DNA of 63,353 nt, counting the filler, from Octopus bimaculoides (lineage: Eukaryota): NCBI RefSeq assembly GCF_001194135.2. It is 8 parts of 7 records of this genome, joined end to end, with 100 filler letters (N's around TTAATTAATTAA, not from the genome) between each part and the next. Parts side by side here need not be neighbours in the genome. Positions count along the whole stretch, not along the records: positions 61,629 to 63,353 come from NC_068981.1; 7 more parts are not named here. One strand, written 5' to 3'. The notes under the pieces were generated by a model, which worked only from the letters and a program-made list of their open reading frames with translations, ran no database searches and was not told the DNA's origin. A program made the translations under genes and the position numbers. Below are positions 61,943-63,353 of this stretch, one piece after another; position 1 is the stretch's first letter; each line of letters opens with the position of its first letter.

Positions 61943-62520
61943 CACAGAATCAAGGAATCAAGCGATAAAACCAAACAACTTGAGGGAAAATGTATATGGG
62001 GACAATGTGTTAGAAAAATGTATAGTTTGTGGAACTTGGAACGAGACAGTGGCACACAATGCTGCAGAATGTGCGTCTTTCCAATTTAAACGGACAATAA
62101 GATAGAAAACTATAGATCAGACATAACAATAATAGACAAGGAAATGCGAAGTTGCTTACTAATTGAGATATTATATCCATTTGATTCCAGAATTGAAAAC
62201 AAAGAAAAACAAAAAAATTACAATCCCTTAGAATTTGAACTTGCAGCAATTTGGAATATGAAAAATGTGAAGGTTATAATAATTATAATAGTTGGTACAT
62301 TGGGAACTGTAAGCAAAAATATAGACAAATGGTTGAAGGAGATTGGAATAGAATTTCACGTAGAGCTTCTACAGAAAGTTTGCCTCCTATGAGCAGGAAA
62401 GATTATCAGGAGGATTCTAAGCACTTGAAAGGTTATTGAAATCTAGTGGATACCTAAGATTACCCACATAAGACCTACTAGAAATAAGACCGAACTTGAG
62501 TCAGATCAATGATAATAACA
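61943..62520 (+). mobile_element. R4/Dong-type RLE retrotransposon 3' fragment (subfamily 2)
   Basis: NQAIKPNNLRENVYGD...KCIVCGTWNETVAHNAAEC (CCHC)...IDKEMRSCLLIEILYPFDSRIENKEK...ELAAIWNMKNVKVIIIIVGTLGTVSK...LQKVCLL*AGKIIRRIL. Confidence 0.88.
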
Positions 62521-62529
62521 ATACTTTCT

Positions 62530-62683
62530 GCTATAGGCACAAGGCCTGAAAATTATGGGAGGGAGTAAGTCGATTTTATCAACCCAGAAAGGATGAAAGG
62601 CAAAGTCGGCCTCAGCAGATTTTTAACTCAGACGCTAAGCATTTTTCCCGACGTCCTAACGATTCTGCCAGCTCGCCGCCTTA
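62530..62683 (-). mobile_element. SINE-A with internal deletions
   Basis: TAGGCACAAGGCCTGAAA...GGATGAAAGGCAAAGTCGGCC...CTAACGATTCTGCCAGCTCGCCGCC. Confidence 0.85.
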
Positions 62684-62749
62684 AATCAAGATAGACAAAA
62701 ACCAGGCGGATTTCCAGTGTAGGTTAAATAAATCAAAAGAAGAAAGTTA

Positions 62750-63245
62750 CTCATATAGTAAGTGAATGTAGGATGCTGGCACAGAAAGAATACAAGAAAA
62801 GACATGGCAACCTAGGGAGAGTTATCCACTGAGAGTTATGTAGAAAGCTAGGATTTGACCATAATGATAAATGGTAAGAGCATGAACCTAGTAAAGTACG
62901 AGAAAGATAGGAATATAAGATATAGGACCATAGCATTCAGACTAACAGAGTAATAGAAGCTAGAAAGCCTGATTTAGTAGCAGTAGACAAAGAGAATAGA
63001 AAGTGCCAGATAATGACTTTACAGTCCCAAATAATGAAAAAATTAATATGAGAGGTAGAGAGAAAATAGCAAAGTACAAGGACCTAGCCATTGAATTACA
63101 GACACTAAGGAAAGCTCGGGTAAAATGTATTCCTGTAGATTTGAACAGATGGATAGAGGAAATAGGCATAAAACTATTATAAGGGACAGCTAGAATACTT
63201 AGGAGGGTTCTTAGTATCTAAGGTTATTTGCTGTAGCCCGATGTT
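62750..63245 (+). mobile_element. R4/Dong-type RLE retrotransposon 3' fragment (subfamily 3)
   Basis: HIVSECRMLAQKEYKKRHGNLGRVIH*ELCRKLGF...IQTNRVIEARKPDLVAVDKENRKCQI-DFTVP...EKIAKYKDLAIEL...GTARILRRVL; ends in (GATA)n. Confidence 0.9.
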
Positions 63246-63313
63246 AGGATAGATAGATAGATAGATAGATAGACAGGCAGATATATATATCTACACACAC
63301 ACACACACACATT

Positions 63314-63353
<40 letters not shown>

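Noticed and set aside
657-63169. Many long ORFs in the track (poly-YI, CV, HT, S, T, V, X)
   Set aside because: They are translations of microsatellites, trinucleotide tracts or N runs.

Overview
AT-rich, repeat-dense eukaryotic genomic DNA, most likely octopus/coleoid cephalopod (inferred from the SINE families and dense (TA)n/(TG)n/(TATG)n microsatellites; no database search was run). Roughly 12% is N, and seven 100-bp scaffold joins (44N-TTAATTAATTAA-44N) make adjacency across them uncertain. No intact multi-exon host gene could be assembled; the best host-coding candidate is one terminal exon at 34583-34709 (+). The window is mostly transposon remnants: three recurring tRNA-derived SINE types (here A, B, C); a long internally deleted CR1/L2-group LINE (about 14.0-17.26 kb) and a second LINE 3' fragment (about 30.0-30.86 kb); four R4/Dong-type RLE retrotransposon fragments; several Penelope-like GIY-YIG remnants; an LTR with a tRNA-Ser primer-binding site; and Tigger/pogo-like and hAT-like remnants. 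Most long ORFs in the track are microsatellite or N artefacts. Highlights: an intact-core type I hammerhead ribozyme (8966-9030, minus); a ~377-bp foldback palindrome with a hammerhead-like motif in each arm (35911-36287); a 3' tail and hairpin shared between SINE-B and the LINE, with different stem sequences; a LINE ORF1 with Myb/SANT-like and CCCH modules; a 126-bp tandem array inside a SINE; and a hAT-like element whose inverted arms each carry an octamer plus CCAAT box.
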